Assembly: GCA_951406725.2 (NCBI GenBank)
Contig: OX597823.1
Coordinates: forward strand, 38,564,001-38,628,000
Reading direction: 5' to 3'
Length of the DNA stretch: 64,000 nt
Origin: Octopus vulgaris
Lineage: Eukaryota
In this document: in pieces, positions 23,601-35,796 of the stretch
How the letters are laid out: each line of letters opens with the position of its first letter
Position numbering within the stretch: position 1 is the first letter of the stretch
Translations under genes and position numbers: made by a program
Notes under the pieces: model-generated
What the model saw: the letters and a program-made list of their open reading frames with translations, nothing else
What the model was told of the DNA's origin: nothing
Database searches by the model: none

Positions 23601-26521
23601 AAATTTTAAGTGATGTTAGTGGAAAACATTTGGAGAATGAGAGCCATTATCAACAATACTATTGTATATAGGATTGCATTGGATAATGTGATCTAAAATA
23701 ATATTATGTCTGTACAACAGATAAAACTGTCAAAGCTGAAATGTTTTAGTGATAGGTTTGCTGAATCAGTGCTGACCTGGAGTTAAACAATAACACAGGT
23801 AATGATTTCTTTACACAGATAGATGTGAATGACAGCAAATTATGTGACTGGAAAATTTCTAGTGAATGTAAACAAGCATGATTTGAGGTATGGTAATAGC
23901 ACAACTGTATATTAGTTATTGTTTAGCTCCAGGTCAGCAGCCCTGGTGAGCAGGCCCATAATCAAAGGTATCCCCAATGTGACAATTCAGACATCTTCCT
24001 CTTAAGATAGCAGGGTGTGAAATGCAGGACATCTGGCTGAGTCAAATGACTATTCAGTCTTTAGTTCAATGTCTGTAGTATAGTAGTGTCAGTGGTTACA
24101 AACAGATACAAGGGGAGATTACTATGTAAATTGGTTCAGTGTGAAAATGTTTTGTGATGCTAGAAAGATGTGAACTCATTAGCTTGTTTAAATTTAAACA
24201 AATTAGAAAGGAGAGAATTTGATAGAAAGTTAAATTCTTTTACCTTCTGACATTATTTTAGATTTGTTCAACTCCTGTTAAATGACTCAGTTAAAGATAA
24301 TAAACAATGTTATCACATTGGCTCAAAATCCACAAAATCGCAAAAGTGTCTAATTCATTGAATTATTGTTTGTACTCACCTGTATCTTATGTTATTAGCC
24401 CCTAGAAGTATAAACTATAATATATATAGGAGACAAGCTACTATGTTTCACAGTGAATATTTACCTTAATTAATAGTGTGCTTACTTCAATAAATTCCTA
24501 TTTCTCATATTACTTGTAGAATGCCTCTTTCTGTTCTTAGAGATAGCTGGGCTGTCAAGAATAATTAAATATTAAATGTACATATTTTATCTTTGTTAAT
24601 TGTAGATATAATGACCATTATCAGTGGAATAAGGTTACAACATGTGTGCATAACCTACTTGGTGGCCAACGATGGGTTGACCAATATGGAGAAATGCACA
24701 TGAGGAATGGAGATATTTCCTGCAAAATTACTTTTACAAAGGTATGTATACATTTTCATTTCAGATACATTTCACACACACACTAATAATAATAATAATC
24801 TTTTCCACTCTAGGCACAAGGCCCGAAATTTTGTGGGGAGGGGGCCAGTCGATTAGGATGAAAGGATAAGTTGACCTCGGCAGAATTTGAACACAGAATG
24901 TAAAAAAAAGGAAATACCACCAAGCATTTTGCCCGATGTGCTAATGATTCTACCAGCATGCCACCTTAATGATAATAATGAGAATTAATTAGCTTATGTT
25001 TGAAGAATTGGAAAGTAGATCTCTACTCAGGTGACACAGTCTTAGGGGAAGTTAATATCAAGGGAGGAAATTTTCCAAGGTGACTCATTATCCCCTTTAA
25101 TATTTCTTTAATCCCTCTCAGTTTAGTATTGAGGAAGGCAATGGCAGGGTATCAGCTCAGAAATAATAAAGGGAAAAATTAACCATTTGCTCTATATGAA
25201 TGATCTAAAGCTTTTTAGTAAGAATAAAAAAGAGATAGATTCCTTAATACAAATTGTAAGACTCTTCAGCAAAGATATAGGCATGGAATTTGGTATAGAT
25301 AAGTGTGCAATATTAGTCATAAAGGGAACAGGTAGTCAGCAGTGAAGGCATTCAATTAACACATAACCAGGCATTAAAATCACTGAAAGGAGGAGAGAGT
25401 TATAAGTATCTAAGAGTATTAGAATCTGACAGAGTACTAACTATATAAATAAAAATGAAAATTGAGACAGAGTATATTAGAAGGGTGAGGAGGCTAATGA
25501 AGTCAAAGGTAAATGGTCCGAATCTAATGAAGGCTGCAAATACTCGGACAGTATCATCACTTAGATACTCAGCAGATTGGACAAAATCTGAATTAGCAAA
25601 TCTAGACAGAAGAACAAGGAAGGTATTCAATATGAATGGAGGACTTCACCCAAGAGCAGGAGTAGCAAGATTATACTTACCTAGAAAGGAAGATGGTTCA
25701 TATCAGTAGAAGGTTGCATGAAGTTAGAGTAGGTATATAGTTAATAGTGAAGAAAGTTTATTAAGATCTGCTAGAGCCATAGAAGGACATAGGGAAACCA
25801 AAACACCATATATGTAATAGTGAAGAAAGTTTATTAAGAGCTGCTAGAGTCACAGTAGGACATAGGGAAACAAAAAAGCCAAATGAGGTTAAAAACCACA
25901 GAAAAGAAGAAAGATTATCTGACTGGCAGAGAGGGCTTTGCATGGTAGATTCTCAAAGATAGTTGCAGGAAATAGTAACAGTGAGACATAGTTATGGTTG
26001 CAAAAGGGAAGGCTGAAAAGGGAAACAGAAAGTTTGTTAGTTGCAGCACAAGATCAAGCATAGAGGACTTATTGTATAAAAGTCAAGATAGACAAAAACC
26101 AGGTAGATTCCCAATGTAGGTTTTGTAAATCAAAAGAAGAAAGTGTTACTCATATAGTAAGTGAATGTGGCATGCTCGCACAGAAGGACTACTGCTAAAA
26201 ACATGACAACCTAGGGAAAATAATCCACTGGGAGTTATGTTGAAATCTAGAATTTGACCATAATGATAAATGGTATGAACATGAACCCTGTAGAGTACTA
26301 CAAATATAAGATGTTGTGGGACTTTAACATTCAAATGTACATAGTAATAGAGGCTAGAAGGCCTGATTTAGTAGTAGTAGACAAAGAGAATAATTGACTT
26401 TACAGTCCCAAATGAAGAGAATGTCAGTATGAGAGGTATAGAGAAATGCGACTAAGAATTTTGTCTAGCATGATAGTGATTCTGCCACCTCACTGCCATA
26501 ATAATAATAATAATAATGATG

Positions 26522-26566
<45 letters not shown>

Positions 26567-29500
26567 TAGATAGATATAAATGCTGTCTGGTTGACTCCTT
26601 CACTGGTTAATAAATACATCTTTGATAGATAAGCACTAACTTTCAAAATCGTAAGGGATTTAGTTTTAATGACATTAGATATTAACTGTTGCTGGTTGCA
26701 GACATTTGGCGGAAACCAGTAAATGAGTATCAAAATGGTGTATTGAACAAGTTGAACGTATTAAATATTTTAAATTTTATTGATTCTCATTAATTTTTTT
26801 GTTGTTCAGGCAAGTTATTGGTCAGGGAAGAGACATGAGATCTACGGTCAAATATTTAATCAAGATAACAAAGTGGTCCATAATTTATTTGGTAAATGGA
26901 ATGAAGCTATTTACTGTGGTGCTTCTGCCCCCTCTGCTCGCTGTATATGGAGACCTGGTAAAGTCATGTTTACTTTTTTATTATATTTATACATGTGTAT
27001 GACATTGCTATCTTTAGAAATTGTTGTGTGTATATGTTTATAGATGTCTGGGGTGGATATATATGTTTGTGTGTGTGTGCATAGATTTGACTGTTTCTTT
27101 AAATGCTTTGGATATATATATATAGATATATATATATATATTCTATTTTAAATCCTATCTTGTATGCACCCACTAGGAGATGATTGCATATCCAATAGGT
27201 TAAAACATAGTATATATTTTAATATTACAGATATTAAATTTATTAACCGCTCTTCTCAGACAATTCATCAGCTAAATATTACTTGGGAAAATTATATTTT
27301 TTGAAAGAAACTATCTTTATTATTACTTTTCCCACACATATTTTAATGTCTAAACTTGGAGAAAGTAATTCCTTTTCTATTTAAAGAAAATTATCCACAT
27401 TATTCTGTTTTAAATGTCTACATTAATAATTGTAATATTTTACCAGGTACCATGACTGATGATCATGCTCTTTATTATGGGTTCTCACGATTTGCTATTG
27501 AACTCAATGAACTGAATGAAGAGGAAGCACGTTTCCTTCCTCCCACAGACAGTAGATTCCGCCCTGATCAAAGGTATTTCCTTCCACATTATTTATTATT
27601 TATATATAGGGTAAATTAATAACTAAATAAATGTTCAAGACAGAGTCAAGGGCCATGATAACATTTCTTCTCTACTTAATACAAGAGAACCTGGAGATAC
27701 ATGGCAGATACCTCACATACATGTAGTCTACATCCACCCATCCATCCATCTATATATATATATATATACAAGGGGAAGTCAAAAATTATCTGCACTTTCG
27801 CCATAACATCTTTATTATTGTCACCCTGCCTTCTGCACATGCGTGCTTATAATTGGTACTATTGTGGTCATGAGATTGATGTTTGAGCCTGATAGCTCTA
27901 TTTTTCTTTCTGGCTTTATAATTTAAGCATGGCCGCTCCACTAGCAATGTGCACCAAAGGAGAACAAAGAGCAGTGATCTGATTTCTCTGGTCGGAAGGT
28001 GTGTCAGTTGCTGAAATTCACTGGAGGCTTTTAGCACAATATGGGCACAGTGCACTATTGTGCAGAAGTGTGCATGAGTGGATCAAGAATTTTAAAAGTG
28101 GCCAGACGAGCATAACCTACTAAGAGAGAACAGGATGCCCATCAACCTCCACCACTGATGAGAAGATGCAGTAAGTTTGAGAGATGGTAATTGTGAACCA
28201 GCGAGTTATCATTGATGAGGTAGCTCATTCTCTGCAGATTAGTCATGGTTCTGCTTATTAAATCATCCACAATGAGCTCGGCTTCCATAATGTCTGTGTA
28301 AGATGGCTGTTAAGAGAGCTTACTGCAAAGCACAAGCACAAATGTCTTGAGATCTGCCAACATTTACTTGATCACTACTACAATGAAGGCAATTTTTGAG
28401 CAGGATAGTCACAGATGAAATGTGGGTCCATCATTATGAGGCAGAATCCAAAATACAGAGTATGGAGTGGAAACATCCTGGCTCACCAGCGATGTAGAAA
28501 TTCAAGTCTCAGTCTTCTGCAGGAAAGTTGATGCTTGCTAACCCTTCTTTGGGACTAAAAAGCGTACGGTCAATGGTGCAAGATACAGTGCTTTGCTGGC
28601 CAACAAACTGAAGCCAACAATTCACACCAAATGCCGAAGCCTATTGAAGAAAGTTTTATTGTTGCATGACAATGCATGCCCACACACGACCTCCCGGACT
28701 GTTGAAACCATTAACCAATTAGGTTTTGAGGTGCTGAAACACTCTGTCTACAGCCCAGATCTTGCCCCTCCTAACTTTCATATCTTTGGACTGCTCAAAG
28801 ATGATTTACAAGATTGTTGATTTTCTGTGGATGAAGATGTGAAGGAAGTGGTGCATAAATGGTAACATGACCAACCAAAAACCTTCTTCTTGGAGGGAAT
28901 ACATAAGCTTGTGGACTGCTGGAGCAAGTGCATTGAAAAGGAAGAAGACTATATAGAAAAATGACGTACTTGTTTATCCCATGCTTTTGTGTAAATACAT
29001 TGAAAAGAATGCATACAATCTTTGACTCCCTCATATACACTACAATATTCAAGAAAACAGTTAGGGATGTGATTAATATTTCTAACTGATTGAGTGACCA
29101 GCTAGATGCTCCCTATTGCTACTGTTATTGCTGTAGTGGTGGTTTAGCTTTAAGTAAGTTCTTATTAATGAGAATTATGACAAAGGACATTCCAACCATG
29201 ATCATCCTTTTTTTTTTTTCTAGACATTATGTATTCCAGACTGCACAATCCAATATATTCTCTTTTTAAGACAGTAGGGTGTGATTTGAGGGTGATTTAA
29301 TTGTTGTTTATTACAGGTCGATTAACATGTACAGGCTCCACCTTGGAGTAATTTTGGTGAGGGTGTCATGACTTCATGCTAAGATTTTATAAAATGACTT
29401 TTCAGCATAATTTTGATTCCCACTTGAAACCATTAATTATTGTAATGGTCTTGAAGGAAATATAGCAACTTTATTGCTTGATGAGCCATCACAGTGATGT

Positions 29501-31164
29501 ATCACAATGTGGCATGTGTCAAAGATGTCAGGTGATTGGAAGGGAACAGTCAAAAGACCTGACCAAAAGTGGGAGAAGAGTTACAAGGCCGCTTTTGGAC
29601 TCTGGGTATTGGTTAAAACAGATGTGTAGTTAGAGTCTTTGCATATTCTAGCTTCCGGCCTGTGGTTAGGATAGTGAGGGTCTTTAAATTGCATAACAAC
29701 TTTAATTCCTTAGCATTTAAACTGGCCATATCTGGCCAAAATATTCTACCTGTGTAAGTTCAAACAGGCCAGACTTACCTACAGTACTATTCTAAAAATA
29801 AACATCCATGTCATTGTAATTTCAAAGCTATGAGATAATGCATAATTAATTCAAATTGATGTAAATAAATGAGCATTACACTTGATAGAGTAATCTGAAT
29901 GCTAAAGGGTTTTGTTAGTGATTGAGGAGATCCCTTCAAAGTTGTTTCCAGAAATTAAGGTAAGAGAATTTTTATCCATTATACTACACATAATAAAATA
30001 TGGATATTAATATTTATTTTATTTTATCATATATTTTCTTTGTATTTTCTCTACAGACTTTTAGAAGAAGGGAAATTGTCTGACTCAGAGATAGAAAAAA
30101 TCCGAATAGAACAGTTACAGCGAGATAAAAGGCGGCAAAGAGATGATATGAAAATAGTATATATGCCTCAATGGTTCAGGTAAAAATTTGTTTAGAAATA
30201 ATTATTTCATGTTTCAATAGAAATAATATCTTAGTTACTGCTCTGACATTTTACTTATAAACATTCTCATAAAATATCTACTGTTTAATAAAGAAAATAC
30301 TTTCTCCATATTATCACTAATTAATATTTATTCTTTAATATTGTTACAAATTAATAACTAAATGGTATTCTAATAACTAATGTAGATTGCAAATACACTT
30401 TCCTCTCTCTCTCTCACTCACACACAAGCACATATACAAATTTTTTAGTATAAAAGTCAGCTATAGCAAATATGACATTAAAAACTGACATTTTCTTTTA
30501 ATTATCTCTTTTATAAGCAATTTCATTTAATGGCTGAGGTTTAGACACTGGCCTACATATACCTTATTTACAAAAAAGGTACCACACATACATCAATGAA
30601 TAAGTGAACAACTAACATTGATGGTTATAGGAATCTAATGAACAATCATTGGTTCAATGATGTGTGAGTGATGAGGGATTTTCTGTATCACTCAGCATAC
30701 AACAAACATCACACATTAGCTTATTTTATAAAACATTTGCACAAATTACTATGTATTGAACCTTAAATCACAAGCAAAAATTTAAGCACATAGCCATACT
30801 GACTAAAAAGTAGGATTAAAACAGTAAATAGATATAACTAATAAAAATTAAATCCCAATATGAAAAAATATTTGGCTTATATTTAATATTTGTCTTTGGA
30901 AAGCAGCTGAATTCACACCTAATTTCAGACAGGTAATTGTAAACTTATATGTAACAAAAAAAAAGATCCTTTTTATAGTTGTTATTTAATAAAAAATAAA
31001 TAAACCTTAAATTTTTTGTGTAACATGGTGTATATTTTTCTGCATTATTTTCTTACAGAAAACTTGAAGTAAATGGAAAAGAATTTTATGAATTTACCAG
31101 AGAATATTGGGAAAAAAGGAAAGAGCCTGGTTTTTCCAGAATGTCCCTTCCCAAGTTATGGTGA
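5091..31164 (+). CDS. OSBPL6: Oxysterol-binding protein-related protein, ORP3/6/7 subfamily (5'-partial; 13 exons, about 491 aa in window)
   Basis: Exons 5091-5210, 8288-8401, 13954-14023, 15939-16114, 17175-17249, 17635-17772, 19129-19192, 20170-20248, 24606-24741, 26810-26957, 27447-27573, 30057-30179 and 31059-31164 join in frame (1476 nt). Motifs: [13 protein letters not shown] coiled coil, FFAT-like EYYDAPE, and ORD motifs [44 protein letters not shown], ending PKLW*. The symbol stands for the OSBPL3/6/7 group. Confidence 0.93.
6071..7170 (-). mobile_element. RTE-clade LINE, 5'-truncated (ORF2 C-terminus, repeat-bearing 3' UTR, (GAT)n tail)
   Basis: ORF 6713-6940 [12 protein letters not shown]…[17 protein letters not shown]; internal tandem units of about 57 bp; tail is catcatcat on the + strand. 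Confidence 0.9.
7257..8101 (-). mobile_element. piggyBac internal-deletion derivative
   Basis: TTAA at 7253-7256 and 8102-8105 flanks perfect 13-bp TIRs ccccttaatggat/atccattaagggg. Contains the transposase C-terminus [12 protein letters not shown]…FRMQII…PTRQCAKC…RRESR. Confidence 0.92.
8288..8401 (+). CDS. OSBPL6: ORP exon with FFAT-like motif (…[15 protein letters not shown]…)
   Basis: Polypyrimidine tract plus ttag acceptor, gtaagt donor, 114 nt in frame. Confidence 0.88.
8460..9610 (-). mobile_element. Old RTE LINE fragments, with an internal tandem duplication of about 85 bp (9066-9236)
   Basis: [14 protein letters not shown]…[10 protein letters not shown]…GVCQ and [11 protein letters not shown] remnants. 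Confidence 0.7.
10224..10670 (+). repeat. Direct repeat of about 450 bp, copy 1 (copy 2 at 12742-13220)
   Basis: Near-identical from tacagttatttctt to caagccaagctaacatagaa. Confidence 0.9.
12013..12404 (+). mobile_element. tRNA-derived SINE, near full length
   Basis: A box tggctgtgtggt, B box ggttcagtccc, body ggcaccttggg.aagtgtct, (aaagat)n tail. Related copies at about 11775-11950(-), 18655-18960(-), 20550-20730(-), 39470-39640, 41617-42000(-), 51025-51250 and 60015-60190. Confidence 0.85.
12742..13220 (+). repeat. Direct repeat of about 450 bp, copy 2
   Basis: Matches 10224-10670, with about 30 extra nt near 13065-13097. Confidence 0.9.
13954..14023 (+). CDS. OSBPL6: ORP acidic linker exon ([23 protein letters not shown])
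   Basis: ttcttacag acceptor, gtaagt donor; phase 0/1 matches both neighbours. Confidence 0.8.
14692..15060 (-). mobile_element. Probable Penelope-like pseudo-LTR remnant inserted in (TA)n
   Basis: Unique segment of about 370 bp containing the hammerhead, bounded by (TA)n on both sides. Confidence 0.55.
14977..15058 (-). ncRNA. Type I minimal hammerhead ribozyme (PLE/retrozyme type)
   Basis: Minus strand: gttttgg CTGAGGA gcta…tagc GAAAC aatt GTC ccaaaat. Full catalytic core, 6-7 bp stem I, stem II closed by G-C, palindromic stem III. Confidence 0.85.
15939..16114 (+). CDS. OSBPL6: ORP exon, start of ORD ([46 protein letters not shown])
   Basis: tttcag and gtaagt boundaries; canonical ORD N-terminal motif. 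Confidence 0.95.
17175..17249 (+). CDS. OSBPL6: ORP exon [25 protein letters not shown] (GC donor)
   Basis: tttcag acceptor; the only frame-preserving donor is ATG|GCAAGT. Confidence 0.9.
17635..17772 (+). CDS. OSBPL6: ORP exon IYLAAFAVS…[26 protein letters not shown]
   Basis: ccag and gttaac boundaries; ORD signature. Confidence 0.95.
19129..19192 (+). CDS. OSBPL6: ORP exon [21 protein letters not shown]
   Basis: tttcag and gtgagt boundaries; completes the OSBP fingerprint EQVSHHPP. Confidence 0.95.
19356..19833 (-). mobile_element. Probable solo LTR
   Basis: Terminal inverted TGTAGTG…CACTACA. On the minus strand the order is HSE array, TATATAAAG (19689-19681), AATAAA (19480-19475). No clear TSD. 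Confidence 0.6.
19727..19766. promoter_or_regulatory. Heat-shock element array (7 perfect alternating nGAAn pentamers)
   Basis: gGAAgcTTCcaGAAtgTTCaaGAAcgTTCtaGAAgcTTg. Confidence 0.7.
20170..20248 (+). CDS. OSBPL6: ORP exon [27 protein letters not shown]
   Basis: ttttcag and gtaaga boundaries; FWGKSMEI motif. Confidence 0.93.
20767..22003 (+). mobile_element. mariner transposon, degenerate near-full-length copy
   Basis: TA then TIR caaggtggtatcaaaaagttcctggactagtt, matched by aactagtctggggactttttgatgccatctca. Remnants DESWVYG and LHDDNAPCH…HPSYLPDL. Confidence 0.88.
22625..23003 (+). mobile_element. 3' end of an RTE-like LINE encoding three C2H2-type zinc fingers
   Basis: ORF 22632-22952: [64 protein letters not shown]. 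Short 3' UTR, flanked by atgcatg/atgtatg simple repeats. Confidence 0.6.
24606..24741 (+). CDS. OSBPL6: ORP exon [45 protein letters not shown]
   Basis: ttgtag and gtatgt boundaries; [10 protein letters not shown] motif. Confidence 0.94.
24985..26460 (+). mobile_element. Dong/R4-clade non-LTR retrotransposon, degenerate, 5'-truncated
   Basis: [11 protein letters not shown]…INHLLYM.DLKLF…[37 protein letters not shown] remnant, RLE LWDFNIQ…[13 protein letters not shown]. Flanked by (TAA)n, the known Dong target. Confidence 0.85.
26810..26957 (+). CDS. OSBPL6: ORP exon [13 protein letters not shown]…[12 protein letters not shown]…CIWRP
   Basis: gttcag and gtaaag boundaries; LFGKW motif. Confidence 0.94.
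27447..27573 (+). CDS. OSBPL6: ORP exon …[14 protein letters not shown]…[13 protein letters not shown]
   Basis: taccag and gtattt boundaries; [11 protein letters not shown] motif. Confidence 0.95.
27769..29033 (+). mobile_element. mariner transposon, degenerate
   Basis: Inserted in (TA)n; TIRs caaggggaagtcaaaaattat / aatctttgactccctca; DEMWVHHYE and LLHDNACPH…YSPDLAP. Confidence 0.88.
29703..29909. mobile_element. TTAA-type (piggyBac-like) MITE
   Basis: ccttagcatttaaactggccatatc … aatctgaatgctaaaggg; same family as 46386-46606. Confidence 0.65.
30057..30179 (+). CDS. OSBPL6: ORP exon [40 protein letters not shown]
   Basis: ctacag and gtaaaa boundaries; EKxRIEQLQR helix. Confidence 0.94.
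31059..31164 (+). CDS. OSBPL6: ORP terminal coding exon [34 protein letters not shown]
   Basis: cttacag acceptor; YWExR…P.LW* C-terminus typical of ORP3/6/7. Confidence 0.93.
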
Positions 31165-34100
31165 TGGAATGAACTCAGCAGGGATTTATTGATTATGGCT
31201 GTGAGCTGATTGACTGAATTTCTATTAATCAACCAACAAGTTGAACCAAAAGATTTTCTTTCTTTATAACCATGTGATAGAACAGATGATGACTGTTGTG
31301 GTTTGCTCATTTCTTGAAGAATCCAATATTAGTTTCTTAATACTGCAGGTTAAGTCCAGTGGGGCTGTTAGTTGAGAGACCGTCACTGTCAATTATACCA
31401 CAGGAGGACTTTCTTCAAAAGATGTTTCTTTGGTTACCAAGAATGGCAATCCATAAACGTTGTAGAAATATTATTGCCTTGCTGGAAAGTTTACAAATGA
31501 CTGCCTTGCATGCACTCTAAGAATTTTGGCAGAGCCCTTGGCCAACTGCTGATTCCAGTTAGCTTAAAGAGCAATGGCAGATAATCTGCCATTTTTAAAT
31601 CCCAGATTTATTCTTGTTTGGGCTTTACTGCAAGACCACTTTGAAATTAAAGAAAAGAAAAAAAAAAAACAAGAAAAGAAAAATCATGACAAATGAAGTT
31701 AAGAGACAAAAAAAAACCAAACACTTCTGAAAATGTTTGGAGACTTAGTATTTAGCTACCAGACCTTCTTGCTCTGCTCTGGTTGGTTAAATCATGTGAA
31801 ATAGCGACCAGCTTTTTTTAAAACTTTATTCTGGATATGAAATCTGTACAGACATAGGGTGAATACATTATCTATAAATTGTCAATTAAGTTTTGCTTTC
31901 AGATACATTTTTTTTAGATGCCCTTGTTACTAATAGGTCTAAATCTAAGATATTAATTTTGTAGCCTCCTCTATTAATGACATTTGTCGACTAGCTCAGT
32001 GTCAACCTTTTGTTGTTTTCTTCAAAACTAGTCATGAAGTAGATTTAGTAACAATACCAATATTATTTGATAAGATGCATCTCCAACTGGTGTCTTTTTT
32101 TTTCTCCCTAATCTAATAGTTTTGTTGCAGTCAATATCAATATAGCGGCCAATGGTACATGATATAACTTATAATAAAGTAGCTATTTGCTTTCACTTTT
32201 AGATACATTGCACATTTTGGGACTTGTATTAAATTTGTCGAAATATTAAATTAGTGAAACTGTCACATTTCTTTAATTTGGTATTTTTAGCTCAAGTCAT
32301 TTGTTTTTAACATTTTACTAAATTCAACCAAAACTCTTTAAGTCCCTTAATACTTTTGCTATAGACATTCAAACTATGTAAATTATCAAATCTATGAAAC
32401 CAAGCAGTGATTGACTGTGTTTTAGCTGTCTTGAGAACACTTGCCTATACAGAGATATATCTTAATCAAATGAAGTTACCGTCCCATTCTCTATCATTTT
32501 ATTACTGTTTTTCTTTTCATTTTCTCTGTTATAGACTCGTTTCCAAGTTTCAGTCTCTGAAACCTACTGTAAATAGCTTATTTTTTGGTTTCTTACAATG
32601 ATATTGGAATTGATAATATAACATAGTTGTTAAGTTGCCTTATAATTTTGTTGTTGTCATTCAGTATAATAACTGTTTAATGAGATATATCTACAACTAC
32701 TAACTGCTGAGTGATTTAAATGCTATGATATAAGTGATATGGAACAATTATTTGGGTGGGTGGGGGAGATCTGGATCAACAAGTTTATTCTACTGAAACT
32801 TCTAACATATCAAAAGATGGAAGGTTGCACAGCTACTATGTTATTGCCATGATTTCTGTAGATTAGTCATATTATTATTATTAGTACATATTCTGCCGAG
32901 GTCAACTTTGCCATTCATCCTTTCAGGGTTGATGAAATAAGTACCAGTTGAACACTGGGGTCAATGAAATTGACTAGCACCCTCCACCCCACCAAAAATT
33001 TCAGGCCTTGTGCCTTTAGTAGAAAAAATTATTATTACAATTATTATTTGATAGTGATGATGGTAATAATAGCTCTTGATGATATATAATAATTCTCTGA
33101 AACTTTTCACTTTATGTCTCAGTGCTGAAGGCTGTATCTGTCTTTCTGTAAATGATTTTCCAAAATTATATCTATTCTTCATTTTTGTGAAGCAGTTTTG
33201 AAATGTGTGAGCAATCAGTTTACTGAACAATGTTAATTAATTACTTAGCAATAAAAATGAATATTGTAGAAATGTTATTTTATAAAAAAAAAATAATTAA
33301 TCCTACTTCTTTATGCCATTTCATTTAACTCTTCAGGTTTGGAATTTCATTAGACTAAATTAGAAATAACTTTTTGATGAAACAAGTAAACCCTGAGTAG
33401 GAACAAATATTAGTAACAAATATTTTACTACCAAGGTAGACTTAACTTTCCATACTAGGGTCAAGTAACTGACTACGTTCTTCACCTAAAAATGTGTGGC
33501 TTTGTACTGAAGTAGAAAAAAAAATCATCAGTATCTTTATGTTTTTAAAAAGGAAAGAGAGTATTTGGAAAATTCAATTTCTTTTGTGTAAGAATTTATC
33601 AAATACCTGATATCTATACATCTATTCACTTCTTACTCTCTATTTACTTTGTTTTTCATAAACCTTCATTTAGAATTGTATACCCATTTTTACAAATACC
33701 TTTTGTTTAAATCTTTTTGCATGGAAGCCTTTATTTTCTAGTGTTTTTTTTTTTTTTTACAAAATATCTTAACAAAAACAGGTAATACTTCACTCCATAT
33801 TACAATATTGAAATTAAATGCAATTGTCCAAATAAGAATTACATATTTCATTAGCAGATTGTTATACAACTATTAATGATAATACCCTGACCTTTGGTAT
33901 AGTCAGACTCAAAAGTTTTTTGTTTTTTTTTATAATCAGACTGTTTGTAATTTATATTCATATTTTGGTCCTTTTTTTTTTCAAATTGATAAACACAATT
34001 GATATTGAATAATTAAACTTGAATACCTCAGTGTACAATTTTTCTCATTTTCTTATAATGCCTTAACTGAATGTAACTCTTCTATTATTCCAAATTATAG

Positions 34101-35317
34101 TCTCTTTTTTTTTTTCGTTTTTTTTTTTCTTTTCCATCGGTATTCTAATGAGAATATAGCATAATTCTTGCCTTGCCAAATATTAGTCCTACATTTCTCT
34201 GTTGAATTTTCTGATTCAGCCATTCTTTATCAAAACTATTCAAATCCTAATGTTGTTTTATTATAATGATAGTAATAATAGCTCCAGTCATGAAATTATT
34301 TCCTAGATTATAGGATCAAACTTAACTATTGATTATATTATTTATTAATGACCTCTGATATGTTTTGTATATTAATCATGGCCTCAGGTCTTTTGTAATT
34401 TAGTTCCTTCCACAGATGTCAACAGGGGAAAATGGACGAAAAACAATGGAATAGAACACTGATTTGTTTTTTCTAATGTTTATTGCTAATATGCTGGATT
34501 ATTGGCTATTGTTGTATGTACATTAACAATATCTACATACATGCAGACTTACATATACATGTGTGTGTGTATATATATATATATGCACAGACACCACATA
34601 CATACATACACATACATTCACACATTTTAGCTAATAATCAGAAATGCTAAGTCACTTTCAACATATTGTCTAGTTTAGCACTTCAGCTTTATGTTTTTGT
34701 TTTGTTTTGTTTTTTTAAATTGGTTACTGACTGTATATAGTAATGGTAAAAATTGTTCAAAGTTGCCCATATTTTAGAATGTTTTATATTTTGTATCCAA
34801 GAGAAAGTAAAAACATAAATATTTCATGCCAGATTGCCATTCTATTTATTTGTAGCATACTATTGGGGAAGACAGATGGGAATGTTTAACTATTGACAAA
34901 TATAATTAAATGTTAGAATTGATGGACATAGTTTATTGTAGTTAAAGGAAACTGTGCAAACATAAATTCTAAATTAATAAGAAATTGTTTCTGGGTTTCG
35001 AAGTTGAAAAAATTATAATCTAGTGATCCCTTTTTTTCCTTTTTATTTTAGTGGCATGTGTGGGGGATTACTTTTTTGTTTTTCTAGGTTCTAATATTGA
35101 TAACAGTTTCAGAAACAAGTTTTCGAATTTTGATTTTATCGTATATGTATTTATATTAGTTTTGGCCTCTGGCCACCATTACTTTATGGACTGTCCTTAG
35201 TTTATAAAGCTTTTTGTCTCCATTATCAGTTTTGGGATATATTTCCCAACAACTGAAATACCAAAACTGCAACTTAGAACTGAGTTGTAGGTTTTCAAAA
35301 GATCCCTGAAATAAGTA

Positions 35318-35329
35318 TGTATATATGAA

Positions 35330-35380
<51 letters not shown>

Positions 35381-35476
35381 ATAGATATGTATGTATATAT
35401 ATATATGTATAGATATGTATGTATATATATATATATGTATAGATATGTATGTGTATATATATATGTATAGATATGT

Positions 35477-35524
<48 letters not shown>

Positions 35525-35741
35525 ATAGATATGTATGTATATATATATATATGTATAGATATGTATGTATATATATATATATGTATAGATATGTATGTGT
35601 ATATATATATGTATAGATATGTATGTATATATATATATATGTATAGATATGTATGTGTATATATATATGTATAGATATGTATATATATATATATATATAT
35701 ATGTATAGATATGTATGTGTATATATATATGTATAGATATG

Positions 35742-35792
<51 letters not shown>

Positions 35793-35796
35793 ATAT
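35318..35796. repeat. Compound micro/minisatellite, unit gtatagatatgtatgt(at)n
   Basis: About 13 units of variable length interspersed with (GT)n and (AT)n. Confidence 0.95.

Noticed and set aside
31162-31210. Stop-codon readthrough or selenocysteine at the ORP TGA
   Set aside because: The TGA falls at the family's conserved C-terminus (LW*), the context is not TGA-CTA, and no SECIS was recognised.
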